From the IMG/VR virus record IMGVR_UViG_3300027801_001493, positions 32,001 to 96,000 of that record: a stretch of DNA of 64,000 nucleotides. The stretch is one strand, 5' to 3'. This document shows, in pieces, positions 38,966-48,204 of the stretch (position 1 is its first letter; every line of letters starts with the position of its first letter). The notes below the pieces were generated by a model that had not been told where the DNA came from, did not search any database, and saw nothing but the letters and a program-made list of their open reading frames with translations. The position numbers were made by a program, and so were the translations under genes. This DNA is from a virus.

Positions 38966-39551
38966 CCCTTGTGTTAATTATTTCGTCTGCAAGACCCCAG
39001 TCCAGAGCCTCTTGTGCAGTAAGGAAATTATCCCTATCCATCCCTATCTCAAATTCTTCGTATGTTTTTCCTTTACTGTTATGCTGTACATATATCTCAG
39101 TAAGTTCTTTTTTCATACGTTCAATCTCATGATACTGAATTGCAATATCCGATGCCATTCCTCTAGCACCACCACTTGGTTGATGTATCATTGTTCTAGC
39201 TCTAGGCAGTAAATACCTTTTGCCTGCCGCACCTGCTTGGGATAGTAAACTTCCCATTGATGCCGCTTGTCCCATTACAATAGTTGAAACGTCTGGTTTA
39301 ATGTATTGCATTGTGTCGTACATTGCCATACCTGATGTTACAACTCCTCCTGGACTATTAATATAAAAATTAATGTCTGCATTTGGATCTTCTGCTTCTA
39401 AGAAAAGTAACTGAGCACAAATACTATTTGATACTTGGTCGTTTACTTCACCGTTTAGAAACACAATACGTTCCTTTAAAAGTCTGCTGTAGATATCGTA
39501 ACTACGTTCTCCAGCACTTGTTTTTTCTATTACATATGGTACAAAATTCAT
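38934..39551 (-). CDS. clpP: ATP-dependent Clp protease proteolytic subunit
   Basis: [26 protein letters not shown] (Ser), MIHQP (His), DRD. Confidence 0.95.
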   Translation of the reverse strand: MNFVPYVIEKTSAGERSYDIYSRLLKERIVFLNGEVNDQVSNSICAQLLFLEAEDPNADINFYINSPGGVVTSGMAMYDTMQYIKPDVSTIVMGQAASMGSLLSQAGAAGKRYLLPRARTMIHQPSGGARGMASDIAIQYHEIERMKKELTEIYVQHNSKGKTYEEFEIGMDRDNFLTAQEALDWGLADEIINTRDEDGAKESNT

Positions 39552-39575
39552 GTTATCCTCTTATTAGTATTTATA

Positions 39576-39923
39576 TTAAACAGATAGCTCTTTAAGTCTA
39601 GTTATGAAACTATCTACACCTTTTAAACGTTGATATGATACTTTAGCAACGGTTAAAAATTCATAGTTGTCCATGCTAATATTACGGACGTCTTCTATAG
39701 TATGTAGTTGTGACGTTATAGCTGTTAAAAGACCTTTAACAAAGGAACTGTCACTATCAAACACTACGGTATCTTCTTTTAATATTACCCACACACGACT
39801 TTGGCAACCATGCACAAGATTATCTTCATGCTGTATTGCTTTATTGTTATCTGTCTCTGATAGCTCTATAATTGCTTCATAGAAGTCCATCGGTTCCAGT
39901 TCATTTAAATAGGTTATATCCAT
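39576..39923 (-). CDS. sufE: SufE-family sulfur acceptor
   Basis: NLVHGCQSRVW active Cys, FDSDSSFVKGL. Confidence 0.85.
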   Translation of the reverse strand: MDITYLNELEPMDFYEAIIELSETDNNKAIQHEDNLVHGCQSRVWVILKEDTVVFDSDSSFVKGLLTAITSQLHTIEDVRNISMDNYEFLTVAKVSYQRLKGVDSFITRLKELSV

Positions 39924-39930
39924 AGTGCTT

Positions 39931-39959
39931 ATTATATACTCGACTTATTGTAAAGTCAA
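39931..39959 (-). promoter_or_regulatory. sigma70-type promoter; sufE ATG at predicted +1/+2
   Basis: TTGACT-N17-TATAAT-N7-ATG. Confidence 0.72.
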
Positions 39960-39968
39960 TAGTATTTA

Positions 39969-40352
39969 CTATCTATGGTCTTTGTAAGGATCACCTTTTG
40001 GCGCCTTTGGCACCGAAGTGGTAGACTTCTTTTTCTTCTTTTTCTTCTTCTTTTTGACTGGGCTTGAACCCCATAGGCTGTAAGAGCCTCTTCCTACTGA
40101 AGGTGTGGGATTAGAGGGAGCATCGGAAGAACTTCCGTCGCCTGCAGACCCTCCTCCTCCACTTGAATCTCCGTGGGAACCATTACCTGAACCGTTGCCA
40201 GGACCTGCTCCTCCACCTGAACCAGCACCTGCACCAGATCCAGCACCGCCGCCGGCTCCACCGCCGCCGCCAGCACCACCGCCTCCACCGCCTCCGGCTT
40301 CAGCATCTAATCTTTTGCGTTTAACTGCTTCTAAAATTTCTGCAAATTTCAT
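39969..40352 (-). CDS. Gly-rich, poly-Lys low-complexity protein
   Basis: MKFAEILEA N-terminus, long Gly/Ala/Ser tract, K10 run with mixed AAA/AAG codons. Confidence 0.6.
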   Translation of the reverse strand: MKFAEILEAVKRKRLDAEAGGGGGGGAGGGGGAGGGAGSGAGAGSGGGAGPGNGSGNGSHGDSSGGGGSAGDGSSSDAPSNPTPSVGRGSYSLWGSSPVKKKKKKKKKKSTTSVPKAPKGDPYKDHR

Positions 40353-40362
40353 TTAACTTACT

Positions 40363-40779
40363 TTAAACAACGTATCCGCTGTCTGAAAGTAATGTTACTA
40401 TTTCGTCTGCATCAGTAATTTTAGCGAGGTTGTCGCTATCACCGTTGTCAGTTTTAAAATAGTCACCTGTAGCATCTTCTGTAAACCACGTTCTGTAGTC
40501 TGCACCACTAACTGAATCATCAAAATGAATTGGAGTGTAACCTGTAAAGTCTCCACCACCTTCTCCACCTGCTGTTTCGCTACCAATTGCAGTAAGTTCT
40601 GCAACCTTGGCATCTAGTAAAGTATCTGCCGCACCTTTGTCTGAATCGTTTGTAATAAACCATGCACTTGGATCGCCATCTGCATTAGTTCCTTGTTCAA
40701 AGTATCCAGCATAAGTACCTGCTTCTGCTATAAGCTCTAAATGAGCTCTTAATTTTTGTTCTTCAACATAACTTGCCAT
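40363..40779 (-). CDS. Acidic hypothetical protein (start likely 40779)
   Basis: MASYVEEQKLRAHL...; GAGG SD within the upstream small ORF. Confidence 0.6.
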   Translation of the reverse strand: MASYVEEQKLRAHLELIAEAGTYAGYFEQGTNADGDPSAWFITNDSDKGAADTLLDAKVAELTAIGSETAGGEGGGDFTGYTPIHFDDSVSGADYRTWFTEDATGDYFKTDNGDSDNLAKITDADEIVTLLSDSGYVV

Positions 40780-40940
40780 TATTTGTCCTCTTCTGTATAC
40801 ATTGTCCACGCACCATATATAATCATGCCGTAGGCAATTAAATTAACAGGTGCTAATATCATCACGATACCACCACCAATAAGTAAAGCGCCATCAAGTG
40901 ATGTTCTTTCTTTTAATCTTGCTTTGATAAAATCTATCAT
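40779..40940 (-). CDS. Small two-TM membrane protein, 53 aa (not in ORF track)
   Basis: MIDFIKARLKERTSLDGALLIGGGIVMILAPVNLIAYGMIIYGAWTMYTEEDK; AGGAG SD; TAATG coupling. Confidence 0.65.
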   Translation of the reverse strand: MIDFIKARLKERTSLDGALLIGGGIVMILAPVNLIAYGMIIYGAWTMYTEEDK

Positions 40941-40965
40941 GTAAATCTCCTGTTATATAACAGTA

Positions 40966-41757
40966 CTATTTATCGTCTTTGGCTATGACGCCGGCTTTTT
41001 CTATATAGTTCGGCATACCGTGATCCGCTACAAAGTCGAAGAATTTAAACTGTTTAGCCGCGGCCCAAAAGCCTCTAAACTGGTCTTTGACTCTTTGCCA
41101 AAAAGTACTAACTCGTATCTTCCCGTTATGATTGATATACATAAGTCTTCCGCCGTGTACAAACATTAACCAACTCGGTGGTACTTTAGGCACTATATCG
41201 TTGTTATTAACATAACGAATGTATGCACCAATATCGCAACCTTCTAGGTGCTGACGGAATCTTCTATTACCAACTCTTGGTTGCCCATAGGTTCTAAGTT
41301 CCTTCACTGGAATACCTTCGTTTGTTAATTGTTCTGCTACTAATACTGCCATTGCTCCACCTAAACTGTGACCAACTACATACACGTTCTCTTGTTTCTT
41401 TCTATTTGCTTTAACTGTTTTTAAGATTTCATCAAATACTAATTGTGTATACTCATAAAATCCATGATGCACTCTACCATTACGTGGATGCCTAATTGGA
41501 TATGTCTTTAAATCTGCAAGTATATCTGAAAACTTTGTAGGTTCTGTTCCTCTACAAGCAACAACTATACCATCATCCTTTGTAAAGAATACCCATGCTT
41601 CAGCATCACCGTCTTTAATAAACACGGCTTTTTTACGTTTCATTTTTATTTTGTTTTGTGCATCCTTTAATTCTTCTGCACTAAGATAGGCTCTACCCGC
41701 CAACTTTGCCAAAACTTCGGCTCGCTCGGACTCAGAGCATTCTGCTAACCATCCCAT
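40966..41757 (-). CDS. Lipase class 3 family hydrolase
   Basis: CRGTE, VHHGF, GHSLGGA, YGQPRVGN, NDIVP, DHGM. Confidence 0.88.
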   Translation of the reverse strand: MGWLAECSESERAEVLAKLAGRAYLSAEELKDAQNKIKMKRKKAVFIKDGDAEAWVFFTKDDGIVVACRGTEPTKFSDILADLKTYPIRHPRNGRVHHGFYEYTQLVFDEILKTVKANRKKQENVYVVGHSLGGAMAVLVAEQLTNEGIPVKELRTYGQPRVGNRRFRQHLEGCDIGAYIRYVNNNDIVPKVPPSWLMFVHGGRLMYINHNGKIRVSTFWQRVKDQFRGFWAAAKQFKFFDFVADHGMPNYIEKAGVIAKDDK

Positions 41758-41815
41758 AACTACTCCTACATAATTTTAGATTAATTTATTATAGTAGTAT
41801 TTATCGGATTTGTAT

Positions 41816-41855
41816 AAAAAAGTAGCACTCCAATGTTAGAGTGCTACTAGTTTTT
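41816..41855. terminator. Intrinsic terminator (bidirectional-type)
   Basis: AGTAGCACTC/GAGTGCTACT 10-bp stem flanked by A and T runs. Confidence 0.75.
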
Positions 41856-41885
41856 AAGAGAGAACGGTTGTTCTCGAATTAATTG

Positions 41886-42077
41886 TTAGAATGGTGTAAT
41901 AATTGGTTTCATTGCAACATACATAAAAACAAAACAGCCGATTAACAGACCAAACGTGAAAATAGATTCACATGTTTGTCCATCAGGGCAGTATTTGTCT
42001 TTGAACTCTTTGAAAGAGTTTTTAGTACGAGCTACGAAAGAACTATTATCATTCACTTCATTTGTGATGATAGACAT
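41886..42077 (-). CDS. Small C-terminal-TM protein with long leader (start likely 42077)
   Basis: AGGAG SD; CPDGQTC then hydrophobic helix. Confidence 0.6.
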   Translation of the reverse strand: MSIITNEVNDNSSFVARTKNSFKEFKDKYCPDGQTCESIFTFGLLIGCFVFMYVAMKPIITPF

Positions 42078-42315
42078 TTCTTTTCTCCTGAGTCTAAATT
42101 TATTAGCACCCAATTCACGCCTCCTCTCGAACGACGCTCAGATAAAAAAGTTCCTAAACTTTTATGTATACTCGTATTGTGTTTATTGTACTTTGCATTA
42201 AAGCCTATAGAGGATACGCACCTCGACAAAAACAACGACATATACCAAATATCTGTTGTGCAAGTAGGATTGCTATTATACTTGCAATCGTATTTATCTA
42301 TCGTTCTAACAGGTG

Positions 42316-44217
42316 TTAAGTTATTGTGGTATTTGCGTTGGAAATAGTCTCTTCAGATACTATTTGTGTGATTAATGACTTACCCCAACCCTGTCTACGT
42401 CTAAAGTAGAGCCTGTTGTAGTATTCATCGTCCTTAACATGTTCTAACATATCTATATTATATGCATTTTGACATGTGACTAATTCGTCATCTATTGTAT
42501 TCATGTACTCATAGAAGTTAAATCCAAAGTTTGATTGGAAAGGATACAGTTTATTAGGATCTGTAGTGTATGCTTCTTGGAACTCCAACAAGTGTGAATA
42601 CATGTATAAATCTAAATTGCAGTACTCTTGTGTTAAATGCTTGTTTACAAATTGTCTAATCTGTGTGTTATTTCTATGGAAGTCTTTTTGTGCCTCCCAC
42701 ATTAATGTGTGACCACTGAAGCCTTTGCTTTCTCCAGTTTCTAAATAGTATGTAATATGTTGCTTGGCTTGGTCGAATAACTTGCCTACTATACCATCAT
42801 CTGTTTTACATGCTTCAAACATTTTATCGTATGTTTCTTCATACTCTATGCCTTTGTGTTTATATATTATTCTTGCTATTGCTTGGCTCCATCCAAAGTT
42901 ATGGAAGTTATTAATTACCCAAGCATACAGCCAACTGTCTATAAATTTATCTTTAGGCATGTACTTGGTTCCGGTTATCAACTCGACCTTTTCAGGTATG
43001 TTGTCCTCTTCTTCGAATCCACTTATATAGTTTTCTACAATCACACTAGTTAAGCCATGCTTTTCTTTTTCGCTTGGTACGTTCATGTGTGCATTTTCTA
43101 GCAGTTGTGCCAACCAACTTTCAATAGCATTGTGTTGCCCTGCTTTAATTATTTCACATAGTCCAGACTTCCAAGTATCAAATGTCTCTAAAGGTAATCC
43201 TAATATAAGTTCTGTGTAACTAGGTATTCCTTCTCTATTACATTTTTCAAATATCATTGTAAGGTCTGACATTTCCATGTTACGTCTTTTAATCTCTTCT
43301 AGTACATCCATGTCCATACTTTGCACACTAAGAGTAAGTCCTCTATTGAATCCACTACTAATAAACTTTTTAACAATCTCTAATATCTCATCACTACTGT
43401 TCTTATACCATGTAGCATCTACTACTTTAGGATAACCGTATTGGTTTTGTAAGTCAACTAATTTTTCTGTTACTTCCATATCTCTGTCTGTGAATACACC
43501 AAAGTTAGCATCTGCAATAGTGACATAGTCTATTTGATTCTCAGCCATCCATGTTAGTTCTTGTATTACTTTAGGTATAGGAAACTGCTTAATTTTAGCA
43601 TAAGTTAAACTACCCCAATCACAAAATGTACATGCAAAAGGGCAACCTCTATTAGTTTCTAATGTGCCATTAAACACATACCCAGTGTTGTTTGCTATAA
43701 TATCGTCGAATACGCCAGTTAAGTAGGGACTCGGAATGTTTAAATCCACTAGTCTGCCGCCTTCATAGACGTCTTGTAACGGGTCGTTGTTGTTTATTGA
43801 TGTAAGTATATCCACAAACATCTCTTCGCCTTCACCTAACACTATGCTGTCTACATAGGGGTGATTATCAAAGAATAGTTCTTCTTGTGGTCTATTTGTA
43901 ACTTGTGGACCACCAAATATAATTAGTATGCTTGGATTTTGTTCTTTTAAGGATTTTGCTACATGCTTGTTGTATTCCCAATTCCACATGTAATTAGAAA
44001 AGAAAACAACCTTACAATCTTGTAGTCTATCTACGACATCGTTTGGTTGTTCTCGTTTGAAAATAATGTCTTTCAGGGTGAAAGACTTCTGTACCCATTC
44101 GTATTGATTTGCGTAACTCCATAAGCACCCTACCGAGTAAGGTAGCCAATAACCTACGAAACTGCCACCGCCTATTTTGAAGTTTGGTTGAACTAATGCT
44201 ACTTGCAATTTACTCAT
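42316..44217 (-). CDS. Cobalamin-binding radical SAM protein
   Basis: N-terminal B12-binding-like domain (WLPYS, SNYMWN, GGPQ, GEGE); ETNRGCPFACTFCDWG; DANFG; ILGLP. Confidence 0.88.
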   Translation of the reverse strand: MSKLQVALVQPNFKIGGGSFVGYWLPYSVGCLWSYANQYEWVQKSFTLKDIIFKREQPNDVVDRLQDCKVVFFSNYMWNWEYNKHVAKSLKEQNPSILIIFGGPQVTNRPQEELFFDNHPYVDSIVLGEGEEMFVDILTSINNNDPLQDVYEGGRLVDLNIPSPYLTGVFDDIIANNTGYVFNGTLETNRGCPFACTFCDWGSLTYAKIKQFPIPKVIQELTWMAENQIDYVTIADANFGVFTDRDMEVTEKLVDLQNQYGYPKVVDATWYKNSSDEILEIVKKFISSGFNRGLTLSVQSMDMDVLEEIKRRNMEMSDLTMIFEKCNREGIPSYTELILGLPLETFDTWKSGLCEIIKAGQHNAIESWLAQLLENAHMNVPSEKEKHGLTSVIVENYISGFEEEDNIPEKVELITGTKYMPKDKFIDSWLYAWVINNFHNFGWSQAIARIIYKHKGIEYEETYDKMFEACKTDDGIVGKLFDQAKQHITYYLETGESKGFSGHTLMWEAQKDFHRNNTQIRQFVNKHLTQEYCNLDLYMYSHLLEFQEAYTTDPNKLYPFQSNFGFNFYEYMNTIDDELVTCQNAYNIDMLEHVKDDEYYNRLYFRRRQGWGKSLITQIVSEETISNANTTIT

Positions 44218-44232
44218 GCAAGTATTTATAGT

Positions 44233-44484
44233 CTACTTCTTGGAGGCTTTGAGTACTTCGGCAACTAAAACGTCTTTCTTCTTACGTTTGTCTAGTTCAA
44301 CACCAAATTCTCTTCCTTTAGTTTCTAAATCTGCTTTAGTAAGTTTTGATAAACTTGCTGTAGTTAATTTAGCCACTGTAGGTGCAGTTGCTTTAGCAAC
44401 TGTTTTAGTTGGTGCTTTTGCAGGTACTACTTCGTTACCATCGCTGGCTCCAAAGAAATCTGCTAACCATTTAAATAAACCCAT
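44233..44484 (-). CDS. Small basic hypothetical protein
   Basis: C-terminal KLTKADLE...GVELDKRKKKDVLV, Rho-N/HeH-like. Confidence 0.6.
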   Translation of the reverse strand: MGLFKWLADFFGASDGNEVVPAKAPTKTVAKATAPTVAKLTTASLSKLTKADLETKGREFGVELDKRKKKDVLVAEVLKASKK

Positions 44485-45425
44485 TATAAACTCCTGTCTA
44501 GTATGTTTAATAGTTCAAACCTATCTTTATTAATAGGATGTTCTAAGTTAAAAGGATTCGCTCTTTTGAATGCTGTATTCAACACTCTATCTACTAAAAG
44601 TCTGACCTTCTTCGCAGTTTGCTCTTCCGTAATGTTATTTATGTATAAATTAATAGTATTATTGTCTATTCTTGGTAATGAAAGCAATTCAAACAATATA
44701 ATATCGAACTCTAAGTATGTCATACCTAATTGATCTGCATCACTATTGCTTATTCCTAAGCCGTCTGTGGGCAATGCATCTAGTGTTGCTTGTGGTATGC
44801 CTAACATCTTTGCTAACATAGGCACCTCCCAACTTTTACTTAAACTTTGTATAGGTGCAACGTCACCTACATCACCATGTAGTGTCCAAAACCCTGCGGC
44901 TAGTTCACTAAAGTTATCTGTACTACCAACACAACCACCTACTTGATGTGCAAGGTTATACAATGTTGTCATTCTTAGCCTTGCTCTAATGTTGCCTTGT
45001 CTTTGTAATTCTTTATAAGTCTTAGCATCTGTTAATCCTAAAAACTCTGACATGTTATCAAACTGTTCGCTCAAATCAAAACTGTGTGGTACTAGTTCAA
45101 GTGCATCTATGGCTTCTTGCCCTCTATCAGTTTCTTCTTGTTTTTGATGTATAGGTAATGTTACTCCGTGTACTGTCCAACCTGCTTCTTTAAACAAGGC
45201 GGCAGTTAAGGCACTATCAATACCTCCGCTCATTCCTATTACAACATCTTCTATAAAGTTATCTGCTTTATATTCTGCTAGTTGTCTCACTATTACAGAC
45301 AATGTTCTTTCTAGTTTTTGATGATTACTGTATTTCTCTGATTGAATAAGTTTCTTTAATTTAGTTTCAAACCATTCCGTTAGTTCAATTTTACCTGGAG
45401 TTACTGCTAGTATCTCATTTATCAT
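44484..45425 (-). CDS. nadE: NH3-dependent NAD+ synthetase
   Basis: GMSGGIDSA PP-loop, GNIRARLRM, TDNFSE, GFWTLHGD, PTDGL, DADQLGMTY. Confidence 0.88.
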   Translation of the reverse strand: MINEILAVTPGKIELTEWFETKLKKLIQSEKYSNHQKLERTLSVIVRQLAEYKADNFIEDVVIGMSGGIDSALTAALFKEAGWTVHGVTLPIHQKQEETDRGQEAIDALELVPHSFDLSEQFDNMSEFLGLTDAKTYKELQRQGNIRARLRMTTLYNLAHQVGGCVGSTDNFSELAAGFWTLHGDVGDVAPIQSLSKSWEVPMLAKMLGIPQATLDALPTDGLGISNSDADQLGMTYLEFDIILFELLSLPRIDNNTINLYINNITEEQTAKKVRLLVDRVLNTAFKRANPFNLEHPINKDRFELLNILDRSL

Positions 45426-45930
45426 TTTTTATATCCTCTGGCGATTTTAATTTAATCATTGCCGCAATTTTTTCTCTACTTACACCTCGACGTAACCAGA
45501 ATTTTAAATCCTTAACGGGTTTGCCATCTTCTTCCCTAAAGAATGAACCCATCTTACCATGTTGTCCTTTTACAAAGAATGTAACTGCATGACCACCATC
45601 AGGTATAACAACTCTATGGAAATCAGTATGAGACCTCCAAGCAAACCAGCCTGGTCCTCTCCACATCATTTCCTTACCTCTAACCTCATAGTATCCTCCC
45701 GACAGTATGAGAGTAAAATAACCCCAAGGGTGATTATGTTCCGTAGGTAAATCACTTCCAAGAATAAGGTTTAAGCAAACTCTACCGCCATGGTAATTGC
45801 CTGCAATACCTGTCTTATGGATTTGTCTACCTAAGAAAACTCTGTGCATGTATTCATGGTCGGTGTATATGTTAGTTAAGGTCTCTGTGCCTCTACGTTT
45901 CGCTAACCACCAAAATATTTTTTGCCACAT
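45415..45930 (-). CDS. Cupin-like protein (start likely 45930)
   Basis: EHNHPWGYFTLILSGGYYE ... FHRV; AAGGA SD. Confidence 0.65.
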   Translation of the reverse strand: MWQKIFWWLAKRRGTETLTNIYTDHEYMHRVFLGRQIHKTGIAGNYHGGRVCLNLILGSDLPTEHNHPWGYFTLILSGGYYEVRGKEMMWRGPGWFAWRSHTDFHRVVIPDGGHAVTFFVKGQHGKMGSFFREEDGKPVKDLKFWLRRGVSREKIAAMIKLKSPEDIKNDK

Positions 45931-45965
45931 AAAGTGTTCCTTTGTAAAGTACATATTTATCGCCC

Positions 45966-45996
45966 AAAAAAAAGCCAAACTGTAAAGTCTGGCTTT
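45966..45996 (-). terminator. Intrinsic terminator
   Basis: AAAGCCA/TGGCTTT stem with T-run on the minus strand. Confidence 0.6.
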
Positions 45997-46018
45997 GTTA
46001 TTAAAAACGTTGTGTTAC

Positions 46019-46642
46019 TTAGGTAATATACTCTACACTTATGTTTTTTATTTTTGCTGGAAACGTTAAATTTGCTTTTAAATGGTGTTCTCTTCTAGGT
46101 TTAGAATCATCTGCTATACCAACACCTAATAAAAACACTGGTTTATGAGGTATATCTAACACTCTTTGAACTTCGTCTTTATTAATACAACCACAGAACC
46201 CTGTAGTATATCCTAATAATGAACTTGTAAGGTTAGCATAACCTCCTGCTACACCAATTGCTTGATGCATATCTCTATCCATTTGTTCCCAAACATCACT
46301 TATATCTGTTTTCTTTTCTGCATCTTCTTTATCAAAGTCCCTAGCAAATACTATTAACAGTTGTGCTAAAGTTTGTGGATTAGTAGTAAGGCTGTTTCCC
46401 TTTGCTCCTTCATTTCCATCTTTGATTAAAAATCCAGATGTTTGTCTATGCACTCTTTCTATCTTTTCTCTATTTGTAATAAAGTAAGGTTTGAAAAATT
46501 GAATGTTCTGTTTACTAGGTGCTCCAGTTATTGATTCTGCAATAATATCAATATCTTCTTGCGGAATTGTTTTTGTGAGATCCCAATTACGTTGAACGTG
46601 CTGACTTTCTTTTATAGCTTTTCTTAGCATAGATTTGAACAT
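46019..46642 (-). CDS. Nitroreductase-family flavoprotein
   Basis: QRNWD, APSKQNIQ, LGYTTGFCGC, LGVGIAD. Confidence 0.75.
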   Translation of the reverse strand: MFKSMLRKAIKESQHVQRNWDLTKTIPQEDIDIIAESITGAPSKQNIQFFKPYFITNREKIERVHRQTSGFLIKDGNEGAKGNSLTTNPQTLAQLLIVFARDFDKEDAEKKTDISDVWEQMDRDMHQAIGVAGGYANLTSSLLGYTTGFCGCINKDEVQRVLDIPHKPVFLLGVGIADDSKPRREHHLKANLTFPAKIKNISVEYIT

Positions 46643-46682
46643 TTGTACTCCTACAATGATAACGTGTGTATGTTAAACATAT

Positions 46683-46856
46683 TTATCGTATAAAAAGTGT
46701 TTCGGCTCTGCACACATCTGCACTCCTACAGTTTCTAATATTTTGCTCCCATACTACTCGTTCAGGCATCCAATCGAACTCATGCGGACCATTGTAGTCT
46801 GAACTAGTGCATCCTGTTATAATAATACTACTTACTAGCAATATTAATTTTTTCAT
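46683..46856 (-). CDS. Small lipoprotein, 57 aa (not in ORF track)
   Basis: MKKLILLVSSIIITGC lipobox ... CRSADVC; start overlaps the upstream gene end. Confidence 0.6.
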   Translation of the reverse strand: MKKLILLVSSIIITGCTSSDYNGPHEFDWMPERVVWEQNIRNCRSADVCRAETLFIR

Positions 46857-48114
46857 CTCGTTCCTCTTTTAGTTTATTGTATCCTTCATCATCTAGATGT
46901 GTAATAGCCAACCAAGCATGTGTCATTTCATCGCCTGTTCTACTGCCTCCCATTACCCACATATCAGGATCCGGATTGTTTGGATTGTTAGAAGTATTAT
47001 CATACCATTGCTTCAGTATAATAACAGCACCCGTTGGTATAAGTGGTGCTACATCAGGTTCATACAAATGACTGTGATGCCATGTTGCACTCCAATTACT
47101 TACTTGGCTAATCTGTTCTGTTTGTCCTGTCTCTGGATAGAATATCTCTAGGCTAGCGGCATTCATTCTTAAATGTCCGTGTGGCTGAAAACTATCTAGT
47201 CTAACAGGATGGTCAAAACTATGGAAGCCTTGTGTCATGTAGTAGCCGTTGGGTGGAATAGTTATATCGTCCTGGTCGCCTAGGCGATACAAACTCAAAT
47301 CTTGTTTGTATTTCAATTCTTGGCTTTCCTCTTCGCTGTATAACCACAGCCCAATCTCTACTACGTTGTTTTTGATAACTGATCCTGGTGCCATTGCTCC
47401 AAGTCCACCTGGGAACATATGAATATCCCATGCCACTTCTGCGTTGGCTGGTATAGTTCTGCATACTCCTGCAGGAACTATCTCTCCCCACTTTCCCATA
47501 GCATACTCAGTTAGCATTCCTTGTCTGCCTCCCTCAGTTATAATACTGCTGTTAGCATGGTGTACTACTGACTTTGCATTACCACGTGGCTTAACTTGTA
47601 CTGCCTTAATACATCTATCACTAGTTAGCCCTGTTGGAACATTGTGTTTGTGCCATAAGTCGTTACCGGTTGCTGGTATGTCAATTGGTACACTTGGAAT
47701 GATTACATCTGGTAGACCAAAGTCGGGTTCAAAATTCCATGCTTCTGTGTCTCTAAGCCTAGGGGGAATTCTAAAGACATCCTGGTCTCCGTATTGTGCT
47801 CCTTGTTCTACCCAATTATCTATTGTGTCTATGTCTTTAGTGGACAGTCTCCAATCTCCTTGTAAGTCCTGTATACCAATTCCATGGTCATAAGCATACG
47901 GTGGCATTTCTCTTGTTAATACCTTTAATTGTATTAGTGGTGCCCACGGTCTGACTTGCTCATAACTTTCAAAACTCATAGGACCTATACCTCCTTGACG
48001 GTGACATACTACACAATTATCATTAATAATATCTGCTACTTCCGTAACATAATCTGTAGCCCACACTGAAGTAGACCATATGGCTGTTAGAGCCACGGCT
48101 ATGTGCTTGTACAT
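46828..48114 (-). CDS. Secreted c-type haem / PHM-like copper monooxygenase
   Basis: Signal peptide, CVVCH, VHHAN, DIHM, PHGHLR, GDEM. Confidence 0.75.
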   Translation of the reverse strand: MYKHIAVALTAIWSTSVWATDYVTEVADIINDNCVVCHRQGGIGPMSFESYEQVRPWAPLIQLKVLTREMPPYAYDHGIGIQDLQGDWRLSTKDIDTIDNWVEQGAQYGDQDVFRIPPRLRDTEAWNFEPDFGLPDVIIPSVPIDIPATGNDLWHKHNVPTGLTSDRCIKAVQVKPRGNAKSVVHHANSSIITEGGRQGMLTEYAMGKWGEIVPAGVCRTIPANAEVAWDIHMFPGGLGAMAPGSVIKNNVVEIGLWLYSEEESQELKYKQDLSLYRLGDQDDITIPPNGYYMTQGFHSFDHPVRLDSFQPHGHLRMNAASLEIFYPETGQTEQISQVSNWSATWHHSHLYEPDVAPLIPTGAVIILKQWYDNTSNNPNNPDPDMWVMGGSRTGDEMTHAWLAITHLDDEGYNKLKEERDEKINIASK

Positions 48115-48204
48115 TTTATTTTCCTTTTAGATTGCGTATCAACTACGAGTGAATACTCTGATACTTCAATAGTTTTTTACTATTATGTGTATATTTATTA
48201 AAAA

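Noticed and set aside
40027-40056. AAG/AAA-rich tract as a phase-variable microsatellite
   Set aside because: Mixed synonymous codons indicate selection for poly-Lys rather than a slippage-prone repeat
44216-44533. 105-aa + strand ORF
   Set aside because: Antisense to a better-supported minus-strand gene coupled to nadE
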